DNA of 64,000 nucleotides from Octopus sinensis (GCF_006345805.1 NC_043009.1:50406001-50470000), one strand, 5' to 3'; numbered from the stretch's first letter, positions 12,330-24,995 are shown. The notes: generated from the sequence alone by a model not told the origin. A program made the numbers and translations.

Positions 12330-12553
12330 CAGTGGTTTTTCAACCAGGGTTCCGTGGGACCTTAGGGTTCCTTCCGCCAGTACAGTCCAGAGGTTCCGCA
12401 AGAAGTTACAAAAATGCTAAAATCGACAGTAATTTTTAATTCTCCTGTGCAGATATGTGTGCATAAGACGATTAAATTATTGCACAGGGGTTCCTCGAGC
12501 CAGTGAAATGTTTTCTTGGGGTTCTGCACCAACAAAAAGGTTGAAAAGCACTG
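12330..12553. mobile_element. hAT-type (Charlie/Buster-like) MITE, 224 bp
   Basis: TIR CAGTGGTTTTTCAACC / GGTTGAAAAGCACTG; perfect 8-bp TSD CACTAATT (12322-12329, 12554-12561) matching nnnTAnnn. Confidence 0.9.
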
Positions 12554-12609
12554 CACTAATTCATCTAACATCGATCTAAAGATTAACACATAATGGTATG
12601 CATGAAATA

Positions 12610-12780
12610 GTTCTTTCTACTATAGGCACAAGGCCTAAAATTTTGGCTTCATCGATCCCCAGTGTTCAACTGGTACTTATTTTACCGACCCCCGAAAGGA
12701 TGAAAAGCAAAGTCGACCTCGGCGAAATTTGAACTCAGAACGTAAAAACGGATGAAATGGCCATTAAGCGTTTTGTCTAG
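12610..12780 (-). mobile_element. SINE family B2
   Basis: TTCTTTCTACTATAGGCACAAGGCC tail plus family B centre in reverse. Confidence 0.75.
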
Positions 12781-13262
12781 GGGCTACACACAGAGGGGAC
12801 AAACAAGGACAGACATAGGTATTAAGTCGATTATATCAACCCCAGTGCGTAACTGGTACTTATTTAATCGACTGGTACTTATTTAATTAGGGCGGCGAGC
12901 TGGCAGAAACGTTAGCACGCCGGGCGAAATGCGTAGCCGTATTTCGTCTGCCGTTACGTTCTGAGTTCAAATTCCGCCGAGGTCGACTTTGCCTTTCATC
13001 CTTTCGGGGTCGATAAATTAAGTACCAGTTACGCACTGGGGTCGATGTAATCGACTTAATACCTATGTCTGTCCTTGTTTGTCCCCTCTATGTTTAGCCC
13101 CTAGTGGGTAATAAAGAAATAGGTACTTATTTAATCGACCCCGAAAGGACGACAGGCAAAGTCGACCTCGGCGAAATTTGAACTCAGAACGTAACGGCAA
13201 ACGAAATATACTGCTAAGCATTTCGCCCGGCGTGCTATAACGTTTCTGTCAGCTTTGCCGTC
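12779..13262 (-). mobile_element. SINE B1 (minus) interrupted by an antiparallel B1
   Basis: Tail part 12779-12887 and head part 13122-13262 flank the plus-strand copy. Confidence 0.85.
12890..13121 (+). mobile_element. SINE family B1, full length, nested
   Basis: TSD GGTACTTATTTAAT at 12874-12887 and 13122-13135. Confidence 0.9.
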
Positions 13263-13544
13263 TTAGGGTATGGATTAAAAATAAACATTATTTTGTGTCT
13301 AGTCATGAAACGAACCGCGGTCGTGTCAGTTTGAAAGCTAAAAACTGAAACGACACAGTTAACCTTAAACTTTGATGTTTTCCGGACAGTTTGGTATTTT
13401 CTCTTCTGGTTCAAGCTTGTTAGGTAGACCGTGTATGTGTGCCTGTATGTGTATGTGTGTGTCAAGCGTCGGAAGTTTAGCGATGCTTTGTAACATCAGT
13501 TGACAGAGGGGGGGGGGGGGAGAAGGATTAGCATTTTTCTATGA

Positions 13545-13576
13545 TCATATACAAATACATATATATGTACATATAG

Positions 13577-13609
<33 letters not shown>

Positions 13610-13730
13610 CATGCATTCATATACACGTCATATATATATATATATATATACATACATATACATATACATACATATATACATATACATATACATATAACAT
13701 ATATATTTACATACATATATATTTACATAG

Positions 13731-13769
<39 letters not shown>

Positions 13770-13862
13770 CATACATATATATTTACATATATATATATAC
13801 ATACATATATACATGTATATACATACATATATACATACATATATACATACATACATACATAC

Positions 13863-13894
<32 letters not shown>

Positions 13895-13895
13895 G
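13545..13895. repeat. (TA)n/(TACA)n/(CA)n compound microsatellite
   Basis: Directly visible. Confidence 0.9.
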
Positions 13896-14621
13896 CCTGC
13901 GTGTGAACGTTTACACATACACACACCCGTGAATACATGTACACATACATACTTGTATCCACATGTATGCATAGGTAAGGGGGTGTGTGTATGGTGGTGG
14001 AGACACTTACACAGGTTGGGTTCAACGCCATCCACAACGGGTTTTTCTTCTTTTTTCTTTTATTTTTTTTTCTCAGTTATGTTGTCAAATCATCAAATCT
14101 TGGCTGTCACTAAAGGGTGTTACAAGACATTCTATCCAATAATTAACCTCATCACCATCATACATCCCGCGCTAGTTTCCTTTTTTTTTTTACACTCACT
14201 CCCTCTTTGTATGTCTGCTCCTCTCTGTCTCTCTCTCTCTCTATCTCTCTCATCCTCTTCCTCTCTTTCATTGCAATTGACCCCCCGCACCTCACCTTAC
14301 CGTTTTTTTTGGTTTATTTATTATTTTTTTTCTTTCATATTTGTGTGAAGAGAGAAGCAATTTTACAACTTTTAAGGAGAAGATAATGACTGAAGTGGGT
14401 GAGGTGGGGGGGGGGGTAAGTGTGAGGCTGCGATGTATCATGCTGATGATGATAGCGAGGGGTACTTCCTTCTGAAGAGTCGTATCATGCCAAAAGGTCA
14501 GACATATCCAGATTTCGAAAAAGAAAAAAACCCGAAAAACGAAAAACTTTGTAAAGAGAAATTAATTTGAGTAAGAGATTCAAATATACATATATATAAT
14601 ATATAATATATATATTATTAT

Positions 14622-14667
<46 letters not shown>

Positions 14668-14780
14668 AATATATATATATATATATATATAAACAAATAT
14701 ATATATATATATATATATGATTCTTTTACCATAATATATTATATATATATAATTTTTATATATATATAATGTATATATAT

Positions 14781-15195
14781 CTTTTCTCTTTTACTTGTTT
14801 CAGTCATTTGACTGCGGCCATGCTGGAGCACCGCCTTTAATCGAGCAACTCGACCCCGGGACTTATTCTTTTTGTAAGCCCAGTACTTATTCTATCGGTC
14901 TCTTTTGCCGAACCGCAAAGTGACGGGGACATAAACACACCAGCATCGGTTGTCAAGCAATGCTAGGGGGACAAACACAGACACACAAACATATACACAC
15001 ACATACATATACATATATATATATACATATATACGAAAGGCTTCCTTCAGTTTCCATCTACCAAATCCACTCACAAGGCTTTGGTCGACCCGAGGCTATA
15101 GCAGAAGACACTTGCCCAAGATGTCACGCAGTGGGACTGAACCCGGAACCATGTGGCTGGTAAACAAGCTACTTACCACACAGCCACTCCTGCGC
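14781..15195 (-). mobile_element. SINE family A
   Basis: Reverse complement of family A, flanked by (TA)n and (CT)n. Confidence 0.9.
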
Positions 15196-15269
<74 letters not shown>

Positions 15270-15674
15270 ATATAATATATAGGTAAACAGTAAAAATAAT
15301 TACAGACATGACAAGAACATGAAACACCACAGAGACGACACAAGAACACAGGACGGGACATCGAAGCCCTCAGTCATCAGTCAAGAACCAGATCATCTAG
15401 CAATTCGGCTGATTAATCTTGAGATTGCTCCGATATGACCAGCCCGCCAAGGGAAATCTAAGCCAAGCGCATTAGATCCCCTGGAAGAAAGCTTCGAATG
15501 TATACAACACGAGGACGGAAAACGAACGAAGTACACGAACAAAACTACAGAATACGTGAGAGAGAGAGATAGATAGATAGATAGAGGAAAGAGAGACGTA
15601 TTATGAAAAAGTGAAGTTAACAACCAGGTAACTGTCATAAATTGTAACTATTAATACATACTTACATTCGCGCG

Positions 15675-15728
<54 letters not shown>

Positions 15729-16219
15729 TAAAGACAACATTTTAATTTAATCATAGTATCAAATTCAAGAAAAAGAAACCCGATAAGAAACTGGATGAAA
15801 ACAAGTTGCTGGAATTTCACAGAACACTGTAAATGCAGTTGGGTGGTGGTGGTAGTGGTGGTGGTGGTGGTGGTGGGTAAGAGAAAGAAAGAAAAACAGA
15901 GCAATGTGAATGAGAAGGAAGAAAGGGAAGAAGAAAAGAAATGACGGAATATCAAAAAAAAAAAAAAAATTAAATAGAAAGCAAGAAAAGAAAAGAAAAG
16001 AAAAAAAAAGAGGACGTAACGCAAGAAGTTTTGTAGAAGAAAGTGAAAATGCCAGAGTGAAGATGCAAATAAGCTAACAAGATTTGCCTCCCTTGTTGCA
16101 AGTCGCTTAACTTACAGAATGCTTTGCTTTGGGTTTCGTGAGTTGCAGAATACTTATTTTCGAATTTTTGGCTTGTTTTTTTGAAAAGAAAGTATATCAC
16201 TGAGTGAATCGAACCGAGT

Positions 16220-16657
16220 ATATTCTCTTTTACACTTTTTTATGCTCTTTTACATGTTTCAGTCATTTGACTGCGGCCATGCTGGAGCACCGCCTTTAGT
16301 CGAGCAAATCGACCCCGGGACTTATTCTTTTTGTAAGCCCAGTACTTATTCTATCGGTCTCTTTTGCCGAACCGCTAAGTGACGGGGACGTAAACACACC
16401 AGCATCGGTTGTCAAGCAATGCTAGGGGTACAAACACAGACACACAAACACATACACATACATACATACATATATACATACATACATATATACGACAGGC
16501 TTCTTTCAGTTTCCGTCTACCAAATCCACTCACAAGGCATTGGTCGGCCCGGGGCTATAGCAGAAGACACTTGCCCAAGATGCCACGCAGTGGGACTGAA
16601 CCCGGAACCATGTGGTTGGTAAGCAAGCTACTTACCACACAGCCACTCCTGCGCCTA
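16220..16657 (-). mobile_element. SINE family A
   Basis: Reverse complement of family A. Confidence 0.9.
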
Positions 16658-16938
16658 AAGAGTTTTTTTTTTTTTTTTGCGTAAAGTTTCCATTCCAGAG
16701 AAATATATGATAAAGCAAGCCTAACACCAGCACAATTAGAACCTTTAACGGTGGGCATCAAATCACCTATAAGATTATCGAACTAACACATTAAGTTTTC
16801 ATAATTTTCATAATTTCTAAACCAGACACAAGGCTGAAAATTTACAGGTATCGAGCTGGTACCAGTACTTAACTAGTACTTATTTTATCGTGTGTACGTA
16901 CGTACATAGGTACATACATACGGATAATAATGTGGATA

Positions 16939-16994
<56 letters not shown>

Positions 16995-16999
<5 letters not shown>

Positions 17000-17366
17000 C
17001 GTAGGAGTGGCTGTGTGGTAAGTAGCTTGTTTGCGAATCACATGGTTCCGGGTTCAGTCCCACTGCGTGGCACCTTGGGCAAATGTCTTCTACTATAGCC
17101 TCGGGTCGACCGAAATGAGACGGAAACTGAAAGAAGCCCGTCGTATATATGTATATATATATATGTATCTGTATATGTTTGTGTGTCTGTGTTTATCCCC
17201 CCCCCTATTCAACATTGCTTGACAACCGATCTTAGCGGTTCAGCAAAAGAGACCGGTAGAATAAGTACTAGGCTTACAAACAATAAGTCCTGGGGTCGAT
17301 TTGCTCGACTAAAAGGTGGTGCTCCAGCATGGCCACAGTCAAATGCCTGAAACAAGTAAAAGAGTA
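16995..17366 (+). mobile_element. SINE family A with internal deletions
   Basis: Head, CORE-like block and tail present; two internal segments are missing relative to other copies. Confidence 0.85.
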
Positions 17367-18264
17367 TGTATGTATGCATATATATATATATAAACTTTAT
17401 TCAATCGAAATGCATGATGACAGTGACATCGAAGTTGTTTTTATGACAGTCACATACGTCATTCAACAAGATGAATTGCTGCCGGCGAAAGTAAACTCCC
17501 AATCTCTATACATTTTGCTTGTATAAAATATTCAAATTCTCTTCCTGTACTGGGTACTTTGTCGATACAAGGTGGGGTTTTTTTTCAAGTTACTGAAATA
17601 AACATATTCCAAGTATATTAAAAATTATATCACTGAGAGAAATCTTTATCACTACTTTCACTATCGTTTTTGCAAACATGTCGTGTTTGAGTAATTTTTG
17701 CCAGTGGTTTATTTTTTATTATGTTAATTTCCACGTTTGCTTGTACATTTTATACAGAGATTCTCTTATAGCTACTTCTGAAAGTATGGTTGTATCAATG
17801 AATCATTGATAAAATAAAATACAAGGCAAGTTCTGAGGAGATTAATATTCCGCCAAAGCATCCTGGATGTGAATGGAATTCTGATGGAAGATAAACGAAA
17901 AAAAGAGAGCGAAACTAGCTAGGAGTTGCCTCCCGTACTTACTGAAATCCATATAATAATATAGAGCTAATGTTGCGTTTCTTCAATGTATAAATTATTG
18001 TAATGAACTTGTTGAGGTTTACAACATTAAAAATGTTTAAATCTGTAATTTATTCTTAACTTCAAAGTCAACAAAGACAATGTATGATAAAGTGTTCTGT
18101 TAACACATACAATAAAACACCTGCTCAAAATCCATAAACAGCTACTTATATTACCCTTAATTTATTTAATCCAAATTCACATTGGCCAATTTGAATTATT
18201 TTTTCTAGTTCATTTAGTTCATTTAGTTCACTCACACACATTTATGTATGCATGAGGGAGCAAA

Positions 18265-18440
18265 TATTAACTTCACAGTTTGGCACTAGGCCCCAGTATT
18301 CAACTGGTACTTATTTTATTGACCTTGAAAGGATGAAAGGTGAAGTTGATCCCAATAGCATTTGGACTCAGAATGTAAAGTTAGGGAAAACGCCACTAAG
18401 CATATTATCCATTGCAGTAACAATTCAGCTCACCACCTTT
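18265..18440 (-). mobile_element. SINE family B2, decayed
   Basis: CTGGTACTTATTTTATTGACCTTGAAAGGATGAAAGG...ATTTGGACTCAGAATGTA. Confidence 0.65.
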
Positions 18441-18643
18441 GAGAGAACAAATATTAATATTCCATGCTTGTCACAGCTTGAGTGAAAAGGTGTCAATGTT
18501 GACATTCCTTGTTGACATTATAGCCAGCAGCTCTTTGTTTTCAAAGATATCTGAAATTAAATTCCCTTACTTGAAATATAGATAGATGTTGACAACAGGA
18601 TGAGCATCTAGCTGTATAATCATGCCTTGAATATTTCCTTTGA

Positions 18644-19081
18644 TTGAGCCTCACAGAGGCAATGACAGGAGACTGAGACCTTTGGAGACCAAAGTGAGAT
18701 GCAACCATGGCCAATGCTAGCGTTGCATGTCCAGCCCATTTAAAAGCACCCTTAATGCATCAGGTGATATATGCTTGAGAAAACCTGTTGAGTCAAGTAA
18801 AATTAAAATCATAGCTGTGGCCAATGGGCCCTGACTGGCTCCTGTTTGGGTAGCACATAAAAAGCACCATCCGAATGTAGCTAATGCCAGTACCCCCTGA
18901 CTGGCTCCCATGCCAGTGGCAAGTAAAAAGCACTATCTGAATGTGATCAATGCCAGGCCTGTCTCACTGGCTCCTGTGCTGGTGGCATGTGAAAAGCACC
19001 CACAACACTCTCAGAGTGGCTGGTGTTAGGAAGGGCATCCAGCTGTAGAAACATTGCCAGGTCAGACTGGAGCCTGGTGCA
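18644..19081 (+). mobile_element. Family D, RTE LINE 3' end including the ORF2 terminus
   Basis: TTG AGC CTC ACA GAG GCA ATG ACA GGA GAC TGA GAC CTT TGG AGA = LSLTEAMTGD*DLWR, the RTE-type ORF2 C-terminal pattern (L.LTE.M..DR..WR), followed by several AAAAAGCAC units and the conserved core. Confidence 0.75.
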
Positions 19082-19330
19082 CCGTTTTCCTTGGTGGCAT
19101 GGATTGGACGGTTTGACTGAGGTCTAGAGAGCCAGTGGTTGCACCAGGCTTCAATCTGATCTGGCAATGTTTCAACAGCTGGATGCCCTTCCTAACGCCA
19201 ACCACTCCGAGAGTGTAGTGGATGCTTTTATGTGGCACCGGAACAGGAGCCAGTCAAGCAGGCCTGGCATTGGTCACGGTCAGATAGTACTTTTTACATG
19301 CCACCGGCACGGGGCCCAATCAGGGGGTAC
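19082..19330 (-). mobile_element. Family D, inverted copy directly abutting the previous one
   Basis: TGCACCAGGCTTCAATCTGATCTGGCAATGTTTC...GGATGCCCTTCCTAACGCCAACCACTCC is the reverse complement of the D core. Confidence 0.85.
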
Positions 19331-19789
19331 AATAGGTTGCCATAGGGTAGATATATATACATATCTTCTTTATATGATTACTTAATCTATTGGCCAGTTT
19401 AACATCACCACCTGGTTTATGGGTGTCTTTAGCAGAGCTGCAGACATTCAGGTCAGGTCTCTGGTTTGAAGATACCTTCTTTCCCTCCCATCAGCCATGA
19501 ATACCCTTTAAAAGGATTGGGGCCACTATCCTTTTTGAGTATGCAACAAGGAGAAACAAAATTATATATATATATATATATATATAATATACATGTTTAG
19601 CTTTTCCCATTCATATATTTCATAGAGACATTGCCCATAGCCCCAACTGATTTTTTATTAGAGAGCACTTTCAGTGAATACATGCTTTGATTAGATGAAT
19701 TGAGATGTGCCATTGAATGAATTGAGATGAATTGAGTGGTTCATATGTGACTACTTATCACCCTGACCCACCACTTTATCTTTCTGTGT

Positions 19790-19847
19790 ATATACTTACA
19801 TATATTTATATATACATACACATATGCATACACATGTACATACACAT

Positions 19848-19884
<37 letters not shown>

Positions 19885-19985
19885 TACATACATACATACA
19901 TACATACATACATACATACATACATACATACATACATACATACATACATGCATGCATACAAACATACATAAATACATATATATAC
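19790..19985. repeat. (TACA)n/(CA)n array
   Basis: Directly visible. Confidence 0.9.
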
Positions 19986-20869
19986 AGAGACGGAGGGAGA
20001 GAGATACACATTTCTCCATCAATGTTTAGTTTACAGCCTTACAAATCTGATTCAACCCTTACAGCTTTCTCTTTGAGAATGGTGTGTGCATATGGTTGAA
20101 TTTGAGTGCATTTATGCATTTAAGTACGTGCATATATGCATTTAAGTATATATATGCAGATGCATGTATATACATAAGTTTTGTGTGTATATAGTTTTGA
20201 GTATGTTTTCACATATTCATATATTCATGTATACGCATGCATGTGTCTTCACCAAATTCTTTTCTTCGAGACACTTCTCTCAGCAGGTCCCAGGTTTCAA
20301 GTCTGCAGACGACAAATGCTTTCAGCAGTAAACACACTTAGCCCACTCATTTTAACACTGCATGCATAATACAGCTTCAGGGGTACATGGGATTGTAGGG
20401 ATCTTACTTTGTGTGGGGGGCTCTCAAGTGTTCAGCCTCTCATCTTTTCAGCATCATTGAGAAATATGTGAATACCTAAACAAAAGACATCCGACATCAA
20501 CCAGCAGCTACCGAAAGGTTTTTATGCACATACTGAAGTTGATAGCTGGATATCTTTCATTAAGGGTGTATCTGGATATAGAGGACGTGGGGTATGTTGG
20601 TTATTGAAGCAAAGATAGCTGTACTAATTTCATATATATCATGCTAGCATGGAAAACGGACGTTAAACAACGATGATAATGATGATGATGATGATGATGA
20701 TGACGATGATGATATGTATATATATTTACACACACACACACTCACAGAAGTAGATAAATACGCATTCACATATATCCACATATGTAATGTATAAGTATGC
20801 CTATGGATATATGTGTTATGTGTGAGAGTATATGTGTGTGTGTACACATACGCACAGGTTTTTGAACAC

Positions 20870-20911
<42 letters not shown>

Positions 20912-20961
20912 GCATAAATAGATAGACATATACATATACATCTTGAAATACAAATGTTATC

Positions 20962-21130
20962 ATGCAAGCTGGTAGAATCGTTAGACCATCAGACAAAATG
21001 CTTTGTAGTATTTGCTCCAACTCTTTATGCTCAAAGTTCAAATCCTACCAAGATCAACTTTGCCTTTCATCTTTTGAGGTTAAGATAATAAAATAAAGTA
21101 TCAGTTAACTACAGGAGTCAATTAACCCTC
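20962..21130 (+). mobile_element. SINE family B2, decayed
   Basis: GCAAGCTGGTAGAATCGTTAG...AAGTTCAAATCC...TTTGCCTTTCATCTTTTGAGG. Confidence 0.65.
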
Positions 21131-21727
21131 ACCCAATAAAGCACTTGAGAGCTACCCACCCCCATGCAAAATAAGAACCCTACAATGCCTCCCTTAAAAC
21201 TGCTATCCATGTATCTAAATCAGAAACCATTAATATTACTGTTTGTGTATGAGTGTGCATATGAAATAGAGAAAAAGATATATATATACATATTAAAAGA
21301 GTCTGCTGGATGAAGAATGTTCCTAAATTATGGATCTTGGAACTAAGAGTAATGCATTAAATGTCATACACAAAGTATTTTTAATCAAAATTTCCTTCTT
21401 GTTCAAGAAAGAAAACAAAATCCAGCAGTATACGTTAGTGATAAAGAAAAACATTCTCAAAGGAAAAGAAATAAAACAAGGTATTTCAAGAAGAAATTAA
21501 GAAATAATCTCACATTTACATACTTGGGTGAAAGCATAATCATTAGGGACAACTATGGACATGTTTCAACCTTTTAGATTTCATCAGCATAGTTTATTGA
21601 AGACTCCTTGATCAGAAGGAAGTAACTTAAATGAGCTAGTTGCAAGAATTTGAAACTGTTGGTTAAGGAGTATTGTACTGAACATCATATGCAAAAAATT
21701 CTTAAATGTTTTTGTCTTTGTTAGAGA

Positions 21728-22108
21728 TATAGGCACAGGAGTGGCTGTGTGCTAACCAACCACATGGTTCAGGGTTCAGTCCCACTGCGTGGCACCTTGG
21801 GCAAGTGTCTTCTACTATAGCCCCGGGCCGACCAATGCCTTGTGAGTGGATTTGGTAGACGGAAACTGAAAGAAGCCCGTCGTATATATGTATATATATA
21901 TATATGTGTATGTGTGTCTGTGTTTGTCCCCCTAGCATTGCTTGACAACCGATGCTGGCGTGTTTATGTCCCCGTCACTTAGCGGTTCGATAGAATAAGT
22001 ACTGGGCTTACAAAGAATAAGTCCTTGGGTCTAGTTGCTCGACTAAAGGCGGTGCTCCAGCATGGCTGTAGTCAAATGACTGAAACAAGTAAAAGAGTAA
22101 AAGAGTAT
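21728..22108 (+). mobile_element. SINE family A
   Basis: Family A with small deletions in the head and 3' part. Confidence 0.9.
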
Positions 22109-22588
22109 ATAAAAGAAAAAAATAGCAGTAATTATTAGTGACTCTAAAAGTAAAGGGGAGATAATTTCAAGATATTAAGAATTATTTTTCCAAAGTCAAT
22201 TTGCATACTTGATATATGTAAATTGAGAAAATATATGCAGTAATTCCTGAAGTCATCTTAAGACACCACTCAGCTTGACAATTCTAAAGCATGATGTCAC
22301 AGACAGTCTTCTCTCTGTCTTTTCTATTACTCCTTAGAATGGTCTCTACTTCTCAGAGCAAGCTGGAGTCACGTTACTTCCACTGAAACATTCCGCCCCC
22401 CCCACTCATTTTCCCTCCTTTCATCACTCTTATCGAGCCCATCACCCCCCAGACCCCACACTGATCACTACACATAGTCTTTCCTTCCTGGAATGTTCGG
22501 ATTCTGAAATTCCATCCATGTCCTTCTTGCGGGTGTCGGCTTGCAAATGTTCTAGAACATTAACACCATCGAGCTCATCAGTCTAGAA

Positions 22589-22807
22589 CAGTGGTTTTCA
22601 ACCAGGGTTCCGCGGAACCTTAGGGTTCCGCCAGTACAGTGCAAGGGTTCCGCAAGAAGTTACAAAACTGCTAAAATCGGCAGTAATTTTTAAGTCTCCT
22701 GTGCAGATATGTATGCATAAGACTATTAAATTATTGCACAGGGGTTCCTCGAGCCAGTGGAATGTTTCCTTGGGGTTCCGCTCCAGCAAAAAGTTTGAAA
22801 AGCACTG
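22589..22807. mobile_element. hAT-type MITE, second copy of the 12330-12553 family
   Basis: TIR CAGTGGTTTTCAACC / AGTTTGAAAAGCACTG; TSD GTCTAGAA (22581-22588) and GTTTAGAA (22808-22815), 7/8 match; internal sequence closely matches the first copy. Confidence 0.9.
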
Positions 22808-23504
22808 GTTTAGAAGGAACTGCAAAGGCCATGGGCACTGCCCCTTCTCTCAGATCAAGCTAGTAAAAGAACAGATATTTATAAACACGAGTCTTAGAAA
22901 AACACTTGGAAAGTTCTCGTGTGTACTTTCAAACCATTCTTATTGCTGTTGGTATCAGTTTTCTTGTATGCACATTCATATGCAGGTGCATATACGTAGG
23001 TGTACATATAAACACATACATATACAAAAGGAATGAAAAAGACCACAAATTATAAATTGATGTAACACATGATGAAGAGAATATGAAGCAGACAGCTGAA
23101 CACAGATTACTGGAGACAAACACTTAGATACACAGACGTAGAAACACAGAAGAGAATAAACAAAGACAGCTAAACAGACTATATGATTTATCATCTACTT
23201 GTTTCAGTCGTTGAAATATGGCCATGCTGGGATACTACCTTGAAGAATTTAGCCGAACAAATCAAATCTAGTAATACTTTTAATTCTAGTATTTATTTTG
23301 CCAGTCTCCTTTGCCAAATCACTAAGTTATGAGGATGTATCAGTTGTGTCAAGCAATGGAGGAGAGGGGACAAATGAAACAAAAACAATAAGTGACAAAC
23401 ATATCATCATCATCATCATCATCATCGTTTAGCATCCGCTTAAGCAAGCTTGGGATGATTATACTTCACTGAGGTTGAACAAGACTCTCCCCAGACACAA
23501 CAAT

Positions 23505-24123
23505 ATATATATATACACATATATATATACATATATATATACATATATGTATACATATATATACACATATAGATACATATATATACACATATATATACAT
23601 ATATATATATACATATATATATACACATATATATACATATATATACACATATATATACATATACATACACACATATATACATATTTATACACATATATAT
23701 ACATATACATACACACACACATATATATATACATATATATACACATACATATACATAAAAAGCACCATCCGATCGTGGCCATTTGCCAGCCTCGTCTGGC
23801 ACCTGTGCCGGTGGTACGTAAAAAGCACCCACTACACTCACGGAGTGGTTGGCGTTAGGAAGGGCATCCAGCTGTAGAAACATTGCCAGATCAGACTGGA
23901 GACTGGTGCAGCCTTCTGGCTTCCCAGACACCAGTTGAACCGTCCAACCCATGCTAGCATGGAAAGCGGCCGCTAAACGATGATGATGATGATGATGATG
24001 ATATACATATACACATATACATATATACATATATATATACATATATATATACATACATATATATATACATACATATACATATACATACATATATATACAT
24101 ACATATATTATATATATATATAT

Positions 24124-24154
<31 letters not shown>

Positions 24155-24245
24155 TACATATATACATATATATATATACATTATATACATTATATATATA
24201 CATACATATCTATATATCTATTAATATAGATATATATACATATAC

Positions 24246-24276
<31 letters not shown>

Positions 24277-24447
24277 CATAATACATAATATACATACATA
24301 TAAATATATATAACATACATATATAATACATACATATATATATACATATATATATACATACATATATATTACATACATATATATATACATACAATATATA
24401 TAAAACATATATATATACATACAATATATATATTATATATATTATAT

Positions 24448-24485
<38 letters not shown>

Positions 24486-24495
24486 ATATATTACA
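23505..24495. repeat. TA/TACA compound microsatellite split by a D insertion
   Basis: Directly visible on both sides of 23754-24002. Confidence 0.9.
23754..24002 (+). mobile_element. Family D (RTE 3' end)
   Basis: Two units, core and (GAT)n tail. Confidence 0.85.
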
Positions 24496-24995
24496 GAGAG
24501 AGAGAGGAAAATATTAAAAGGCTATGAGATACCAATCTATACCTACCACCAACCCCAAACACCCCAGCTGCTCACAAAGCTTCTTTGCTTTTTACAGATA
24601 CCCTTCTTGTTTGTATATTTGCTGTGATGTATTTGATGACATTTCACAGCTCATCAGAGGTGACAAGGTGTAATATAGATGTCAAAGCAACAGCAGCAAC
24701 AACAACAACCACAACAACAGCCAATAACAAACAAGAGTGCTGGCAGAAAATATTAAGCTATAATAAGCATATAATGATGTAGCGTTGTTGTTGCTGTTAT
24801 AGGTGTTGTACATACAAGAACATAGGGGGTTGGGAAACCAAGGCATAGTTACTTTACTTTCCCCCCAGTGTGCTTCACTTCCTTCCGTGGCCCCCACTCC
24901 AAATCTCCACAATTTCACTGGTTCCACTACCTGCTTCCATACCCATTACCTTCCTTCTCTCTCATAAATACAGAATCCACAGTCACCAATACCAT

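Noticed and set aside
15282-15570. GC-richer segment with CTGATGA on the minus strand, considered as a Penelope terminal repeat or hammerhead
   Set aside because: No GAAA core completion and only one copy in the window; probably an unclassified repeat, but unsupported here.
16047-16203. About 52-codon frame SEDANKLTRFASLVASRLTYRMLCFGFRELQN...; similarly IKFKKKKPDKKLDENKLLEFHRTL* near 15758-15832 and QLPKGFYAHTEVDSW... near 20505-20591
   Set aside because: No recognised homology, and each lacks either a credible acceptor or a credible donor.
18800-18990. Repeat-spacer-like D modules considered as a CRISPR-like array
   Set aside because: Eukaryotic context, the inter-repeat parts are homologous to one another, and the modules belong to a LINE 3' UTR.
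22442-22582. 46-codon open frame on the minus strand (TDELDGVNVLEHLQADTRKK...) starting at an AG inside the MITE TSD
   Set aside because: No good donor, and this length is expected by chance.
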